A DNA stretch of 64,000 bases from Nymphaea colorata (Eukaryota): contig NC_045138.2 of assembly GCF_008831285.2 (NCBI RefSeq), positions 25,482,001 through 25,546,000 of the forward strand, in the 5' to 3' direction. The translations under genes and the position numbers were made by a program. The notes below the pieces were generated by a model, which saw nothing but the letters and a program-made list of their open reading frames with translations, was not told where the DNA came from and searched no databases. Of the stretch, positions 10,549-25,190 are shown in pieces. Every line of letters begins with the position of its first letter. Position 1 is the first letter of the stretch.

Positions 10549-13500
10549 CTTGAAGGCCAGCCTTGAGAAGTGCAACCTGTGTATTGTATGCAACTCTTAA
10601 GGCTGAAACCCTCTGAGGATGCTGGAGGATGGTGCCATGCACCGGCATTTATAGTGTTGTACAGGAGACTTAGCCCACTTATCTTGCGTTAGAATATTAG
10701 GATATGGAATAGGTCATCAATCCTTGCGTTGCCGATTGATTCACAACATCAACTTCCTTGAATTTTGGACCCCCGATTAAATCATCTTCACTGATGACCA
10801 ATTAGAGCACTCGGAGATTGTGCTTGCACCAATTCAAAATTCGTCATTTTCCTAACTCTATTTAATATTAAACAGTAGCAGATATCACCAAGTCCACTCT
10901 GCAACATTGTTTTGTTTAGAGAGAGAAAGTGAGAGGAGAAAGTTTGAAGTTTTATTAGTTTATCTAAAGCTTACGTACGGGAGTTGGTAGCTTCACCCAT
11001 GGACCGAATGAATTAATGGGATTCGTAGACTCAGGTATAAGGACTCTAGTACTCCATCAGTTTCCGGTCACGCGTTATCAGGGTGGTTTCTGCGAGTCCT
11101 TTTTCTTTCTTCTTTTCATCTCCACGACAATCTGTGAACGCCGGAGACCAACTATAGGTCCACATATCAACTGCAGAAATCTTCTTGAGATTGTAGTGGG
11201 TCAAGTGCCCAAGTATCAGCATGCCTGGATAGGGCCTGGAGATGCCTGGAAAAATCCTGAACACCCTTTGGGCCGAGACCAATCAAACGGTTGGCTACTT
11301 GGGCTCCTCTCAAAATGCCAACTTTTTTATATGTACAATATGGTTAATGCCAACTTTTATATGTACAATATGGTTAATGATGAAAATACTCTCAGTTCAA
11401 AAAAAAAAAAAAAAGTTATAAGGACAAAAATGAAAATGAAAAAAAAAAGTAAAAAAAACTAAAAAGAAGTTTCTATTTTAAAAGTTACAAAAATATCCAC
11501 TCTGCAATTATGGCGCACCAATTGGGGTGGCCAAATAAAAGCGCACTCTTAATGCTGGCCTGAAGTTCACCAAAACCTTGGTGAGTACCTAGGAGCATGA
11601 TGGGTGCCCCCCAAATTAATTTTCCATAATCAAGAATTTTTTGCCAAGTCTGGTGCAATCAATTGGATGTCTGTGACACTGTGGATTTCTTCCTCGTCAC
11701 GTTTATCAAACAAGAGAAAAGCCAGGTCTGTCTGCTCCATGGAAGATGGGTTCTTGCTGAGATTTCGAGCATTGATTAGCATTCAGGCCATTAAATTCAA
11801 CCACGACAAATTCAATTCAGATTTCTCACCGTTTCACGGAGCCACTCCGCTGCCACCGTGTACCTGGTCTTTCTCTTCAGGCTCACCAACCAAGACAACA
11901 ACGAAGAACAACTGAGTCTTCTTCCCCATATTTCATCTAGATGTTGATAACATGTAAGTTCGCTAATATGAAGTGGGATTAAGTCGATTCAATTGGTTCA
12001 AGTTCATCGCAGGGTAGTTTATGGGTTATGGGTGAGTGGGGGAGACGACCGCTCGGTTGAGACTGAAGTCTCACCCATCTTTTTCATCCCATCAAAGAAC
12101 TGAAGCCATTCACCCATCTTTTTTATCCCATCAAAGAATCAACTATTAATATCTCAATGTGCGTCCTTATTGGCGTGCTTCAACTTACATGTCAATGATT
12201 TCATTACACAAAAAGTTGATGATGCAAAATAGAGATTGACCGCTTACCAACCCTGATCCTAAGGGCAGAGAGAAAAAAGGGGCCAACAGGGGTCATGGCT
12301 CTCCTTCACATTTTTTGAGAGAAAAAAATATAGTCATATTTTGAAAATTTTTAGTTTGACTCATATAAAAATTTTGAAAAATATTGTTTGGCCCTGTATA
12401 GATTTTGAAAATATTATCAAAGATCCCAACAAAAAATTTCTGACTATACACCTGCATTTGCCAACCCCTTTAAAACCATCCCACGGTAGTTAGGTTTTCT
12501 AACTCATTTGCAGGAAACTTCAAATCGATCCACCCTTCTTAGCAAAAGAAAAACAATAATTAATTCAACCGACCTGGTAAAAATGCAAGTTTCATTAGCT
12601 TGCATTTTTTTTCCGACTATTCATATACAAGTTTCAGCATATAACATAAAAGATTTTTTTATTAGCGTTTGAAATATGTATTCAACATTTTTTTTTATTA
12701 ATGCTAGAAAGTTCTTCAAGAAGAACCTAACCTTATGAATTACAAAGTTACAGTCACTTTTCTTGCTTGGCAAAATAATAGTTGGTGCTAATCATAACAA
12801 TTAAATTTTCAAACACATTTTTTCGAATCTTTTGTATTAAACATAAAATAACTAAAATGGCTGATACAGCATATTCTTTATTTCCCTTTCTTTATCTGCT
12901 ATACAATGGAACGTTTGTGCCATAAGAAATATATGTATACATGTAAAAATTAGTTTGAAGACTCCAAAGCATTTATGAACACTAATTAGGAAATTTTGCT
13001 GTTCAGGCAATATGAACCGTCCTTATCTAGATTGAGCGAAGACCCGAAATTTAGTTGGTGGTTGCTCAAGGTTGAAGCAATATTGCTCCATCGCTTAATT
13101 TCGACCATATCCAATTATTGCTGAAGACAGCTTTTGTAATAAGTAGCGACATTAGGAGTTGGGAAGATGCTTCGGTTCTTCTGTAGCGGTAAAATGAAAT
13201 ACTTTTCTTGCGATGAGAATTGGATTTGATCAATTTGGGTCGGAGCATGCTACCATATCGTAATGGGGTCTACCAAAACATTTTTAATATTAATTTCTTG
13301 TCTTCTGGTTTTCAGATACATATATTTTAAAGAACAATATGCTTAGTATTTTGCTCCATATTTAACGTGCAGGTCCGTCTTATATATCTATATTCAGTTG
13401 GGCTTCCGCCTCCATCTCTAAAGATGTTATATACAGCTAAACTTTCATTTATGTTTGTCAGGGAGTTTTTTTAGGCCCCTCACATAATTACAGAATCAAA

Positions 13501-14595
13501 GGATTATTTTTCATTATTTTTCTTACGATCAAAGCCACGCTTTTAATTTCATGAAAAGTGTCACATAAAACTCCATTTCTTTATTTTCCCCCAAAATATT
13601 ACCCTCTATAGCGTACATCAATATCATTTTAAATAATAAAGTTTTTTTTTTCGTTTTCTAGTTAACAAAATTAGGCCCTCATTTCCATCTATCCAAGATA
13701 TTGGCGTAGTTTACAATTCATTTTATAACTATTCATATTACCAAATGACCACACAAGAAGGAATTGTATGATACAAAATGATGCAAAAAAAAAAAAAAAA
13801 TTAATTATCAAATCACAAAATTGTGATCGATCGGTAATCTTAGGAAGGCCCGGATCAATGAGGAAGTATTAATTTGAAGTTGGTTGGATTTTCGATTCTA
13901 ATATAGTACTATACAAACAAGAGTATTATTAGCTATTTAATAGAATGCAATAATCAATGAATTTTTTACAACAAACTCTTATACTAATATAATAAGCAAA
14001 AACCCATGCTATAATTACCTAAACCCAAATTTGATACAGAATGGCCTTGATGAACTTGAAAACGATGTCTAACTGTCTACCCAGGTTGACGTACAAATGA
14101 TATATATGACATTGTAGCTTAGCCGCTACCGTCGACACGATTGATCAACATAATGACTGGAAGCAGCATAAATCTGAATACAATTGCCGGCAGAAACACA
14201 AAAAGGCTAGTTAATTTTATTTTGGATAGAGTCCCTTCATTGAGAGGTTGGCTCTAATGGGTGTACAGTTCAATTCTCATAAGCGCTATTGCTTTGAACT
14301 GCAGATGGTGGATATGCAACATTGTAGTTGACTGGTGTAGTGCTCTGAACCCTATGAGCAAGAGAAAGAAGAAAGAGCTTCCGGGTATCAAAAGATTGAT
14401 TCATAAGCTGCACATGGCAACGGTTTACAACAGAAAATAGATCAAATTAGAGAGAGAGAGAGTCCCCATGTTCTTTGTGACATGTTAGAATAAGAGCCAT
14501 AGCTTTATTTATAAGTAGCCAAGCAGGATGCAATACATGCAGTACAAAAATTTTAGTATATATTTCATACACAAGAACAGTATTTGACTATTAAT

Positions 14596-15559
14596 CTAGT
14601 TGTTGTTATCCATCCAGAATGCAGACTGCAACTCGTCAATCACATTCTTGTCAACCTGGAAGGCTTTGGCAAGAAGGTCATCTGAGATGGGTGGTTTCGC
14701 CCCGAAGACAGCATTAGCAATGGTGATGACACCGGGGTTTTGGCTGCTGAGCGCGGCCAGGGCCACTGCATCTCCGTCCCCAACGTTCTGCTGGAAGTGG
14801 ATCAGCCCCTGTGGGAACACAAACACGTCTCCCTTATACAGCTTCTTTGTGAACAACCGGTTCTCTGGGTTGCTGGTCACAAACCCCACATAAAGGCAGC
14901 CTTCCAGCACCACCAGGATCTCGGTTCCGCGAGGGTGGGTGTGAGGTGGGTTCAGTCCCTTTGGAGCAAAGTCGATGCGAGCCAGGGAGATGCCTAGAGT
15001 GTTGAGTCCAGGGATTTGTTGAACGTTGACGGCAGTCACCATGGAACCCAGTGGGTTAGATGTGTTTCCAGGCTTGTCGAGGCCATTGAAGAAGAAGTCT
15101 TCGGGCTTTGCCATCATTGGGTTCTTGCACACCTTGCCATTCACAACGACTGCAGCAAAGAATATTGTAGCCATGAAGGCAAAAGAATTAAAGCTCAGCA
15201 AATTATATCAGAAATACAGAATCACAAAAGTTTCAATCTGTTCTATCATGAGAACAAAGGAGCTGATGTCTTCAGCTCATCTTATACTCCGTTTAATCAC
15301 GGCACACTATATGATGATTGCATCGGGCAGTATACCGTGAGAAGCCGGAGAATTTTTCGGTCGACGGAAAAATACACAAAACATATATATATTTGAAAAT
15401 CCAAGCATAGACATGGAGAACTCTAATTTTGTACTAATAGTTGGAGGAAGTACTAGGGCTATGAAAATCGGCAACGCAGAAGTCCTGTAGCTGGCTTGGG
15501 TCAGAGGCATGGCAGAGGGCAGCCACAAGGGAGAGGAGGACAAGGAAGAGGAGCTTCAT
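14596..15559 (-). CDS. Germin-like protein GLP3 (type B), join(15454..15559,14596..15149), 219 aa
   Basis: Exon 1 [35 protein letters not shown]. 304-nt GT-AG intron. [10 protein letters not shown] and GLIHFQ intact. Confidence 0.95.
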
Positions 15560-16249
15560 CTTCTAAGCCAAACTAACGAGATTAGGGAATTCTGTGATTG
15601 TGTGTGTCGAACACAAGAAAACCTTATGCTCCTGAGGATGCTCCTACACTTGGCACGGGTTCAGTATTTATACAGGTTCAAGAAGAGTCGGTGCCAGATC
15701 GTCGTCACTGTTGAGTTCATATTTTTAATGTTAGTCGATCGGTTGAACAAGTCATTTGGCCAGGTCTCGACCACCGATATGATATTCCAACTTCCAGAAA
15801 ATTTGGGCAATCTCTGAATCTTCTGTACAGTGACTAAGAAGTGCTCTTTGACTTCGCTTCTGCACTATTTTCAGCACCATCAATGTACAAAAAAGTAGAG
15901 TTGTTGTTCAGATTTCCAAACTTTAGGCCATTAAACTCAACATCTGCTGTTGAGGACCCGATCTTTTACTGTTCCAACTAAACCATTTTGAATTTGAGAT
16001 GCTGCCCATGTGTCTTTCATCTTTTTCTTCAGGCTCACCACCCTAGAGAAAAACCAATTACGATTAACTTTCTTTCATCTAGAAGTTGATAATAAGTGAA
16101 CATATGAATTGGTATTGCCTTGTTCACCAAGATTAATAATATTGCTACTGCCCTTAACTGGACTAAGTCGAGTCAACAGGTTTAAGTTCAACGCAGGCGA
16201 TTGGCTTTCCTAACTCCACTGAAAACTTCAACCTTGATCTCCTAAAAAC

Positions 16250-16370
16250 GTCAACATTTGCCGATCGTCACTGACGGAGAAACTGTCAGCAAAGCAAACC
16301 GTGATTATACAACGCCGTCAATAAAAACATCACTGACGGTAAAAAACCCGTCAAATATGTAACAGTAAAG
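16250..16370. repeat. Cluster of CCGTCA/TGACGG motifs, possible DNA-transposon (CACTA-like) subterminal remnant
   Basis: Repeated cactgacgg and ccgtca in both orientations. No termini seen. Confidence 0.3.
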
Positions 16371-18116
16371 CAGACCCGGTATAGACGTTCCCAAGTTGTA
16401 ACCTTTCTTGCTCGACACCCGGGCATATTTGACTCGGCCGTGGACACCTTAAATTAATGATAGCAGCGAAAGAAAAATAAAGTATGTCATTAACGAACTT
16501 AACTCCACATTCCCAAGAAATTTGGCAATGAAATTTGACAAGTTCTGAGCCAAGTTCACAATTTGCATTTTTGAAAAATGTGTAAAAAAAGAATGTAACA
16601 CAAAAATGTTTTGAAATATTTAAAAATATATCCTTAGAAGGGAGACATGTCAGCCTTGAACAGGCAACAGAATCGATTCATATTCACTAATTCAAGCCTA
16701 TTTTGGCAACACTCTCCTTGCATTCGTCTCTTTGGAGACATGATAAAAATGGAACACTCTCCTTACATAACTCTGCATGCTAACCTTCATCAAATTTTCA
16801 CCTCAAGGGTTGGAGTGCATTGGGAAGCAAGGTGGCCACCTTTAAAGGGATATGAACTACGAATGCCATGGTCATTGGCTCATTGCCATGATCTAATTTG
16901 CTATTTCTCTATAAATCGTAATGGTTCGAAACATGCTCTGTGAACCCTAGGGACAATGGCATAGGGAAGGAGATGGGCAGCTACAACCTCTCCTCAGAGC
17001 AGTGGAAAGAACCACTCACTTTGGAAAAAAAAAACAAGGAACTTTGTCAATTTGGCGATACCAACACCATTCATGAACCATTTTAAAAAGTAGGGCAGGT
17101 TCATAGGACATAGAACATGGTATTTCATAAATTTGTTTCAAGTGTTGTGATAGATTCATAGAACATTGTGCTAATGTTTCTAACTCCAAATGCCCCTCAA
17201 AACCTAGAGGACATCCAAATCATGTGGGATATATACTCGGTGTTCTAGTGCCACAAACAAATTTTGTTTTGACGAACTTGCTCACGTTTTTCCATGATAT
17301 TGGAAGACCTTTCTCATTTTATCCAAATTAGTTTCAGAATCTAGAGACTCTGGATTCGACGCGTCTATTAAAGTCTCCAGATTCGATGGGTCAGTACTTC
17401 GTAATTCAGACAAGGTATTGCCAAGTATATTGTTTTTGAAAGAAAGACAACATATAACTCGTCATTTAAATGTAAGAAGGTCGAATAATAACCTGATTAC
17501 TTGTGTAATTCAAGAATAAGCTAAACTAGCATCAAATAAAACTTTGACCAAGTTACATTTTGCTCATGTTTTAATCAAAACCAGAATCCGACCTTTTATT
17601 TGCAGTTTTCAGCATGTATTAAGTACCAAGTACGAATATATTCATGAATAACGATTATTCTAGAGAAACAATCAGTATGGCCAAGATAACATCTAGCCCC
17701 AAATTTTGGCCATGTCATGCAAGGTTTCGGCCAGTAACATTGGTTTTGAGAGAAAGAGTTTCGGATAAAACTAGTTACATCCCCCTACTATGTTGACCGG
17801 CTGGTAAGGGGCCAAGTCACATGTTCGCTTGGCGATCTTGCACCATTTATCTTTTCCCGAAACTATGATACTTGGGAGTGTTGGACACAATTAAATTCAG
17901 GTTAATGAAACACAAACTTTTTATTTTCTTCCAAATAAGCAAGATAGCACAGCCTTGCCAATACACCAATAAATAAATGGGGTGCCGCTTAATTTATTCA
18001 AAGATTCCCAGAGAAGGCATACATGTCCAACACAAACCATATGATATATCTAATGATTTATACGTATTCTTTATAGGTACTTAATTCCATCCTTAGAGAG
18101 ACCGCCGCCCCAATAC

Positions 18117-18976
18117 TTAATTGTTGTTGTCCATCCAGAAAGCAGACTGCAGCTCATCGATAACCTTCTTGTCAACCTGGAAGGCCTTGGCAAGAAGGTC
18201 ATCTGAGACGGGTGGCTTCGCCCCGAACACAGCATTAGCAATGGTGATGACGCCTGGGTTTTGGCTGCTCAGCCCAGCAATGGCCACAGCACCTTCTTTC
18301 CCTACGTTCTGCTGGAAGTGGATCAGCCCTTGCGGGAACACAAACACATCTCCCTTGTACAACTTCTTGGTGAACAGCCGGTTCTCCGGGTTGCTGGTCA
18401 CGAACCCCACGTAGAGGCAGCCTTCCAGCACCACCAGGATCTCGGTTGCACGAGGGTGGATGTGGGGTGGGTTCAGTCCCCATGGAGCGAAGTCAATCCG
18501 AGCCAGGGAGATGCCCAGCGTGTTCAGTCCAGAGATATTTTGAACGTTGACCGCAGTCACCATCGAGCCTAGTGGGTTCGATGTGTTGCCAGGCTTGTCC
18601 AGCCCAGAGAAGAAGAAATCTTCTGGCCTAGCCATCATTGGATTCTTGCACACCTTGCCATTCACAACAACTGCAGCAGAGAAAGAGGTAATCGAACATG
18701 AATAACATCAGAACATTACGAACATATCTCTAAATATAGCGCGATTGTTCTTTAATATGAATATTAGATACGTAAAAATAACATGTTAAAAATATTATAA
18801 TTCCCATGAATATACGGCAAGGCACGCCCAAACACACACTCACACAAGTATAAAGAAGAAAATTACGCACTTGGGCTATTAGGGTCAGCAACACAGAAGT
18901 CTTGGAGCTGGCTAGGATCAGAAGCATGGGAGAAGGCAGCTATAAGAGAAAAGAGGATGAGGTATGTGAGCTTCAT
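18117..18976 (-). CDS. Germin-like protein GLP4, join(18871..18976,18117..18670), 219 aa
   Basis: Intact two-exon structure with [10 protein letters not shown]. Closest to GLP2 (shared NIS sequon and similar intron). Confidence 0.95.
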
Positions 18977-19336
18977 CTTGAAGGCTAGCCTTGAGAAATG
19001 CAACCTGTGTATTGTGAACAACTCTCAAGGCTGAAACCCTCTGAGGATGCTGGAGGATGGTGCCATGCACCGGCATTTATAGTGTTGTACAGGAGACTTA
19101 GCCCACTTATCTTACGTTAGAATATTAGGATATGGAATAAGTCAAGAATCCTTGCGTTGCTGATTGATTCACAACATCAACTTCCTTGAATTTTGGACTC
19201 GCAATTAAATCGTTTTCACTTATGACCGATTACACCACTCAGAGACGGTGCTTGCACCAATTCAAACTTCGTCATTTTGCTAATTCTATTAAATATTAAA
19301 CAGTAGCAGATTATCACCAAGTCCACTCTGCAGCAT

Positions 19337-19341
<5 letters not shown>

Positions 19342-19416
<75 letters not shown>
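19342..19416. repeat. (AT)n(AG)n compound microsatellite upstream of GLP4
   Basis: Directly visible. Shorter variants at the same position upstream of GLP2, 5, 6, 7 and 8. Confidence 0.95.
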
Positions 19417-19420
<4 letters not shown>

Positions 19421-21487
19421 AAGTTTGAAGTTTTCTTAGTTTAACTAAGGCTTACGTACGTGACTTGGTAGCTTCACCCATGGAATGGAGGGAATGAATT
19501 AATGGGATTCGTAGACTCACGTGTAAGGACTCTGGTACTCCAGCAGTTTCCGGTCACGCGTTATCAGGGTGAATCCTTTTTCTTTCTTCTTTCCAAGAAA
19601 TCAAACACGTTTTCAAGAAAAAAGTTCACTGAACCCCGACTTCTATGGAAACTTAATCACCAGGACATGCATTACAGGACTTAGGCGCGCTCGTCTGGGA
19701 AAAATGAATGGTAGTAATAAAATTTCTAACTCAAATCTTTGGGAAAAAAAAAAGGCGATGACGATTTCCTTGGAAGAGTAAAAGATGGTAGTTGGTGTAT
19801 CAGCTAATTCGTTAGCCATCACTAAGCTTGACATCAGCTTTTACAAGGAAAAGTAGACATCATTGTCCATATCTACTTTGACTTGGTGGGGTGTTCTAAA
19901 GAGTATTATGTTCTTGGACAAGCCTGAATGTTTCCTTTGGGGTTTATCCGTTCAAATGTCTCTGTCTTCCATGTGGTCAAGGGTTCCTAGTCCAACAAGT
20001 TCCACAAATTTTGTCTTCAGGTTCGACTTTAATCCGCGAATAAAAATCCTCAATTTTGGGTCCATCAACATTGGATTTGATGGGTGAAGGATAAAATTTT
20101 AAAACACAGGGCACAGACATTTGTCTGCGATCTACAGTAAAATTTAGGGCAATCAAACAGGCCCTTAATGCAAAAGAAGAAGCCATACAAATTACCTTGA
20201 TCCATCGGATTCTGCCGGGGAATTTTTCCTGCGTTTGAATGCAAAAGAAAAGGCCGAACAAACCTGTTCTAATTTTTGTGATAGATTCATAGACTATTGT
20301 GTTAATGCTTCTGTCCCTAAGCGCCCTTACCTATAGGACATCCAAATCATGTGAGGTATATACTCGTTGTTCTAGTGGCACAAGCAATTTTGTTCATGAT
20401 CTTGCTCTTGTTTTTCCATGATATTGCAAGGCTTTTCTTCATCATTTTACCCAAATTAGTTTCTGAATCTCGAGACTTAGGATTCGACTTGTCTATTAAC
20501 GTCTCTAAAATCGGTAGGTCAATTCTGTAGTTCAGGCTAGGTTTTGTTAACCATATTGTTTTTGAAAGAAAAACAATATATAACTCATCATTTAAATGTA
20601 AAAAGGTTGAATAGTAATCTGATTACTTGTGTAATTCAAGTAAAATGAGCATCAAATAAAACTTTGACTAAGTTATATTTGCTCGCGTACATTCATCAAA
20701 AGCAGAATTTGGACTACTTAACTACCTTTTATTTGTAGGCTTCAACGTATGATGAGTACCCAGTATGATTATTATATTAACAAACAACAATTACACTAGA
20801 GAAACAACCACTAGTGTTTTTGTCACCAATTTTTGGCCGAGCCTCGTAAGGTTTCGGCCCCGTCAAATGAGTTTTGGGAGAAAGAATTTTGGATAAAACT
20901 AATTAAATCCACTAGGTTGACCAGGTAGCGGGCCAAGTCGAGCCGACTCAAAACATTTATGTTTTCTTAGAAACTATGACACTTAGAGTGTTGGACACAA
21001 TTAAATTCAGATTGATGAGTCACAATCTTTTTTTTTTCTTCCAAATAAGCATGATAACATAGCCATTGCCAATATACCAAAATAAATGGGATGCCGCATT
21101 ATTCAAAGATTGCGAGAGAAGGCCTACATGTCCAAAACAAACCATATGAGATAATGATGTATACATGTCTATTCCTTATAGGTACTTACTTGATCATTAA
21201 AGAGAGAGATCACCTCATTCCGATTCAAGCCTGCAAGGGAAGGTCTCCCCAACCTTATTATCCAAACAAAGGAGTTGTACACATAAAAAAAAACCATCAC
21301 CGGGACAACAGCACTCCCAAGAGAGCAAACAATAACATCAAGGCAGTACTCAAAAAAATCAGACTAAGTAGCGATCAGATCCGGAATAAGAAAAGATCTC
21401 AATAAGCTAGAATGACCCCGGGGGCGAGGGGCGGCGGCAGGGGCCTTGAATTTTGAAAAGTTACATTTGAACTCTTGCTAAAAGTTT

Positions 21488-21570
21488 GAAACTATAATTC
21501 GGTTCTTGTTAAAATTTTGAAACTATAATTCGGCTCTTGTTAAAATTTTGAAACTATAATTCGACTCTTA
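21488..21570. repeat. ~31-bp tandem repeat x3 inside an AT-rich MITE-like element
   Basis: Repeated unit aaattttgaaactataattcgg(t/c)tcttgtt. Confidence 0.8.
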
Positions 21571-21920
21571 ATGAAAATTTTTCTGAATACCCTGACTACC
21601 ATCAACAACTCTACATTTGAGCATCTTTAGAAATTCTGAAAAGCTGGAGAGAAGCCTATTCCTGCCTTCAAACGCATTTCCAACCTTTTTTTTTCCACCT
21701 CTTGTTGTTAGAAGAGAAAATACCGATTCTATGCTGGGTATGTCTGATTATTTGGACACAGGCAAACAAAAAATTTAGTTCATGGAGTTTCTGATCCTCA
21801 TGTCACACAATAAAAGGGGCATGACTTTATTCATAATAAATTGCCACAGTAGGCATACATGTCACATCATCTATTAATCATACAATATCAATTAATGCAT
21901 CCCCACACACCAAGTCCTTC

Positions 21921-22771
21921 TTAGTTGTTGTTGTCCATCCAGAAGGCAGACTGTAGCTCATCAATCACCTTCTTGTCAACCTGGAAGGCCTTGGCAAGAA
22001 GGTCATCCGAGATGGGTGGCTTCGCCCCGAACACAGCATTAGCAATTGTTATGACGCCAGGGTTCTGGCTGCTCAGCCCAGCAATGGCCACAGCACCTTC
22101 TTCCCCTATGTTTTGCTGGAAGTGGATCAGCCCCTGTGGGAACACAAACACGTCTCCCTTGTACAACTTCTTCGTAAACAGCCGGTTCTCCGGGTTGCTG
22201 GTCACGAACCCCACGTATAGGCAGCCTTCCAGCACCACCAAGATCTCGGTTCCGCGAGGGTGGGTGTGAGGTGGGTTCAGTCCCCATGGAGCAAAGTCAA
22301 TCCGAGCCAGGGAGATGCCCAGCGTATTCAGTCCAGGGATTTGTTGAACGTTGACCGCGGTCACCATCGAGCCTAGTGGGTTCGATGTGTTGCCAGGCTT
22401 GTCGAGCCCAGAGAAGAAGAAATCTTCCGGCTTAGCCATCATTGGGTTCTTGCACACCTTGCCATTCACAACAACTGCACCAGACAATGGGGTAATTGAA
22501 CATGCATGACGTAAGAACATTACGAACTAAATATAGCTTGATTATTCTTTAATATGAATATTAGACACACAAAAATAACACGTTAAAAAGACTATAATTT
22601 CCATGAACATACGGCAAGGCTCACGCGAACACACACACACAAGTATAAAGAAGAAAAGTACACACTTGGGCTATTACGATCAGCAACACAGAAGTCCTGG
22701 AGTTGGCTAGGATCAGAAGCATGGCAGCAGGCAGCTACAAGAGAAAAAAAGATAAGGTATGCCAGCTTCAT
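21921..22771 (-). CDS. Germin-like protein GLP5, join(22666..22771,21921..22474), 219 aa
   Basis: Exon 1 [37 protein letters not shown] donor. Germin boxes intact. Confidence 0.94.
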
Positions 22772-22849
22772 CTTTAGGGCTAGCCTTCAGAATGTAACCG
22801 GTGTATTGTATGCAACTCTTAACACAGAAACTCTTCTTTTGTTCTCTGA

Positions 22850-25190
22850 GGATGCTGGAAGACGGTGCCATGCATCGGCATTTATAATGTTGCAGAAAGA
22901 TTTAGCGCACTTATCCTACGTTAGAATATTAGGATATGGAATAAGTCATCAATCCTTGCGTTGCTGATTGATACAAAACATTCAACTTCCTTGAATTTTG
23001 GACACGCAATTAAATCATCTTCGCCCATGACCAAGACCACTCAGAGATGGTGCTTGCACCAATTCAAACCTCGTCATTTTCCTAATTCTATTAAATATTA
23101 AACAGTAGCAGATATCACCAAGTCCACTCTGCAGCATTGTTTTGTTATATATACATATATAATATATATATATAAGAGAGAGAGAGAGAGAGAGTTTAAA
23201 ATTTTATTAGTTTAACTAAAGCTTACGTACGTGACTTGGTAGCTTCGCCCATGGGCCAAATGGATCGATGGGATTTTTAGACTGTATCTGCTCTTAATGT
23301 ACAAGGACCCTGGTGCTCCAGCACTTTCCGGTCACGCGTTATCAGGGTGGTTTCTGCGAGTCCTTTTCTTTCTTCTTTGTATATCCACGACAATCTTTGA
23401 AGGTTGGAGACCATCTATAGGTTCATATATCAACTGCAAAAATCTTCTAGAGATTTTAGTGCTGCAAACTGGGCCAAGTGCAGGGCTCTTAGGTACTCAG
23501 CAAGGTATTAGATGGGGCCTAGAGATGCCTGGAAAAATCCTGAACGCCCTTTGACTCCAGACCAGTCAAACGGTTGCCTACTTGGGCTCTTCTCAAAATG
23601 AACAGGCCAGAGACGAAGCCTTATTGGCTTCTGCAACCAGGTCAGGAACAGTTACCAATTGGGCTGCCCAAGTAAGGGCGCACTCTTAATGCTGGCCTGA
23701 ACCTCACCAAAACCATGCTGAGTACCTAAGAGCCTGAAGGGTGCCCCCAAATTGCCATAATCAAGAATTTTTTCCCAAGTCTGTTGCAGTTCGGTGGATG
23801 GCTATGACACTGTGGTTTTTTTTTCTTCGTCACGTTTATCAAACAAGAGAAAAACCAGGTCTAACCGCTCCATGGAAGGAGGAAGTAAGCAGCGGCAACG
23901 AAATCAAATACGTTCAAGAAAAAAGTTCACCGACTTCTGTAGAATTTTAATCACCAAGACATGCAGTACTGGACTTAAGCGCGTTCGACTGGGTCCAGAT
24001 AAATGGTGGCAATAAAATTTCTAACTCAAATCTTTGAAAAAAAAAACCGACGAAGATTTCCCTGGAATAGCGAAAGAGTGGTAGTTGGTGTATCAGCTAA
24101 TTCGTTAGCCTGCACTAAGCTTGGCATCAGCTTTTACAAGAAAAAATAGACACCATTGTGCATGTCTGCTTTGACTTGGTGAAGTGTTCTAAAGATGGTA
24201 TAAGAGTGTTCTGTTCTTGGAGGAGTCTGAATGTTTCCTTGTGGTTTATCCGTTCAAATGTCTCTGTCTTCCATGTCGATAAGGGTGATTGAAGAAATTA
24301 AAGACCTGGTCCAACAAGTTCCAGAAATTTTGCATTGGAGAACTTCTTCAGTTGGTCAAATAAGTTTGGTTTATAATTATTGACTACCTAACCTATAGAC
24401 AAGAGTTTTAGATATTATATTTAGTATTAATTGCATACTCACCAATAGAAGACTTTCCGCAATGTTCAGAGTTTTGGTTTTCATCTGGGATACGCAGCGG
24501 CTCGTTTTTGGGTGATTTACATTTTTCTAATTAAAATTAATTATAATATTCACAAAAATTGAAAAAAAAACTTATTTTTTCAAGCCCATGTATTGGCTAC
24601 CGCCGTTTCATTTTTGCGAACGCCGGAATATCGGTATGGTACAGCTAATACGCAGCCAATATTTCCGGATTAAGGAGATTGGCGATAAATAGGCGGCTTT
24701 AACACCTTGCAAAGAAAAGCCAGTGTTACCAGGATCGGCCAAAATCAGCCGATTTTAATAGAGTCGGTGAGTTCCGCGGCCGATTCAAGGGTGTCACTTA
24801 TAATTAACATTTTAATTATTTTTAAATATTTTTTAACTTTTGATTGTAATTGTCTCCATATTTTAGCCGTTCGTTCTTTAAATAAAATTTTTAAATATTT
24901 TTGGCTGGTTCACAACCGATTCAGTTCCTGAACCGATTTAAAGAAAACTGGAGAAAACATGATAAAGAAATTATTTGTTGGTCCGCTAAGTAAAAAAGAA
25001 AAAAAAGAAAGAAAAACCCAATCATCAGAGTTGGTGGCTGGGGCTCACACGAAGTTTTCCTCTTGAAGGGGGTCCCTATGATTTAAAAAACAAAAAAATT
25101 TGATGGATTTCATCCATTACGTGATATTGCAGGACTTACACTTTGCAACTGGTTTTCCAAGTCAAGGGCATCATGCGACAAAGATTTAGT
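22850..25190. repeat. GLP5 upstream block duplicated upstream of GLP8 (~38270-40615)
   Basis: Near-continuous colinearity, including the 'gcagcggctcgtttttgggtg...tttaacaccttgcaaagaaaagccagtgttacc' transposon-like remnants. Confidence 0.9.
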
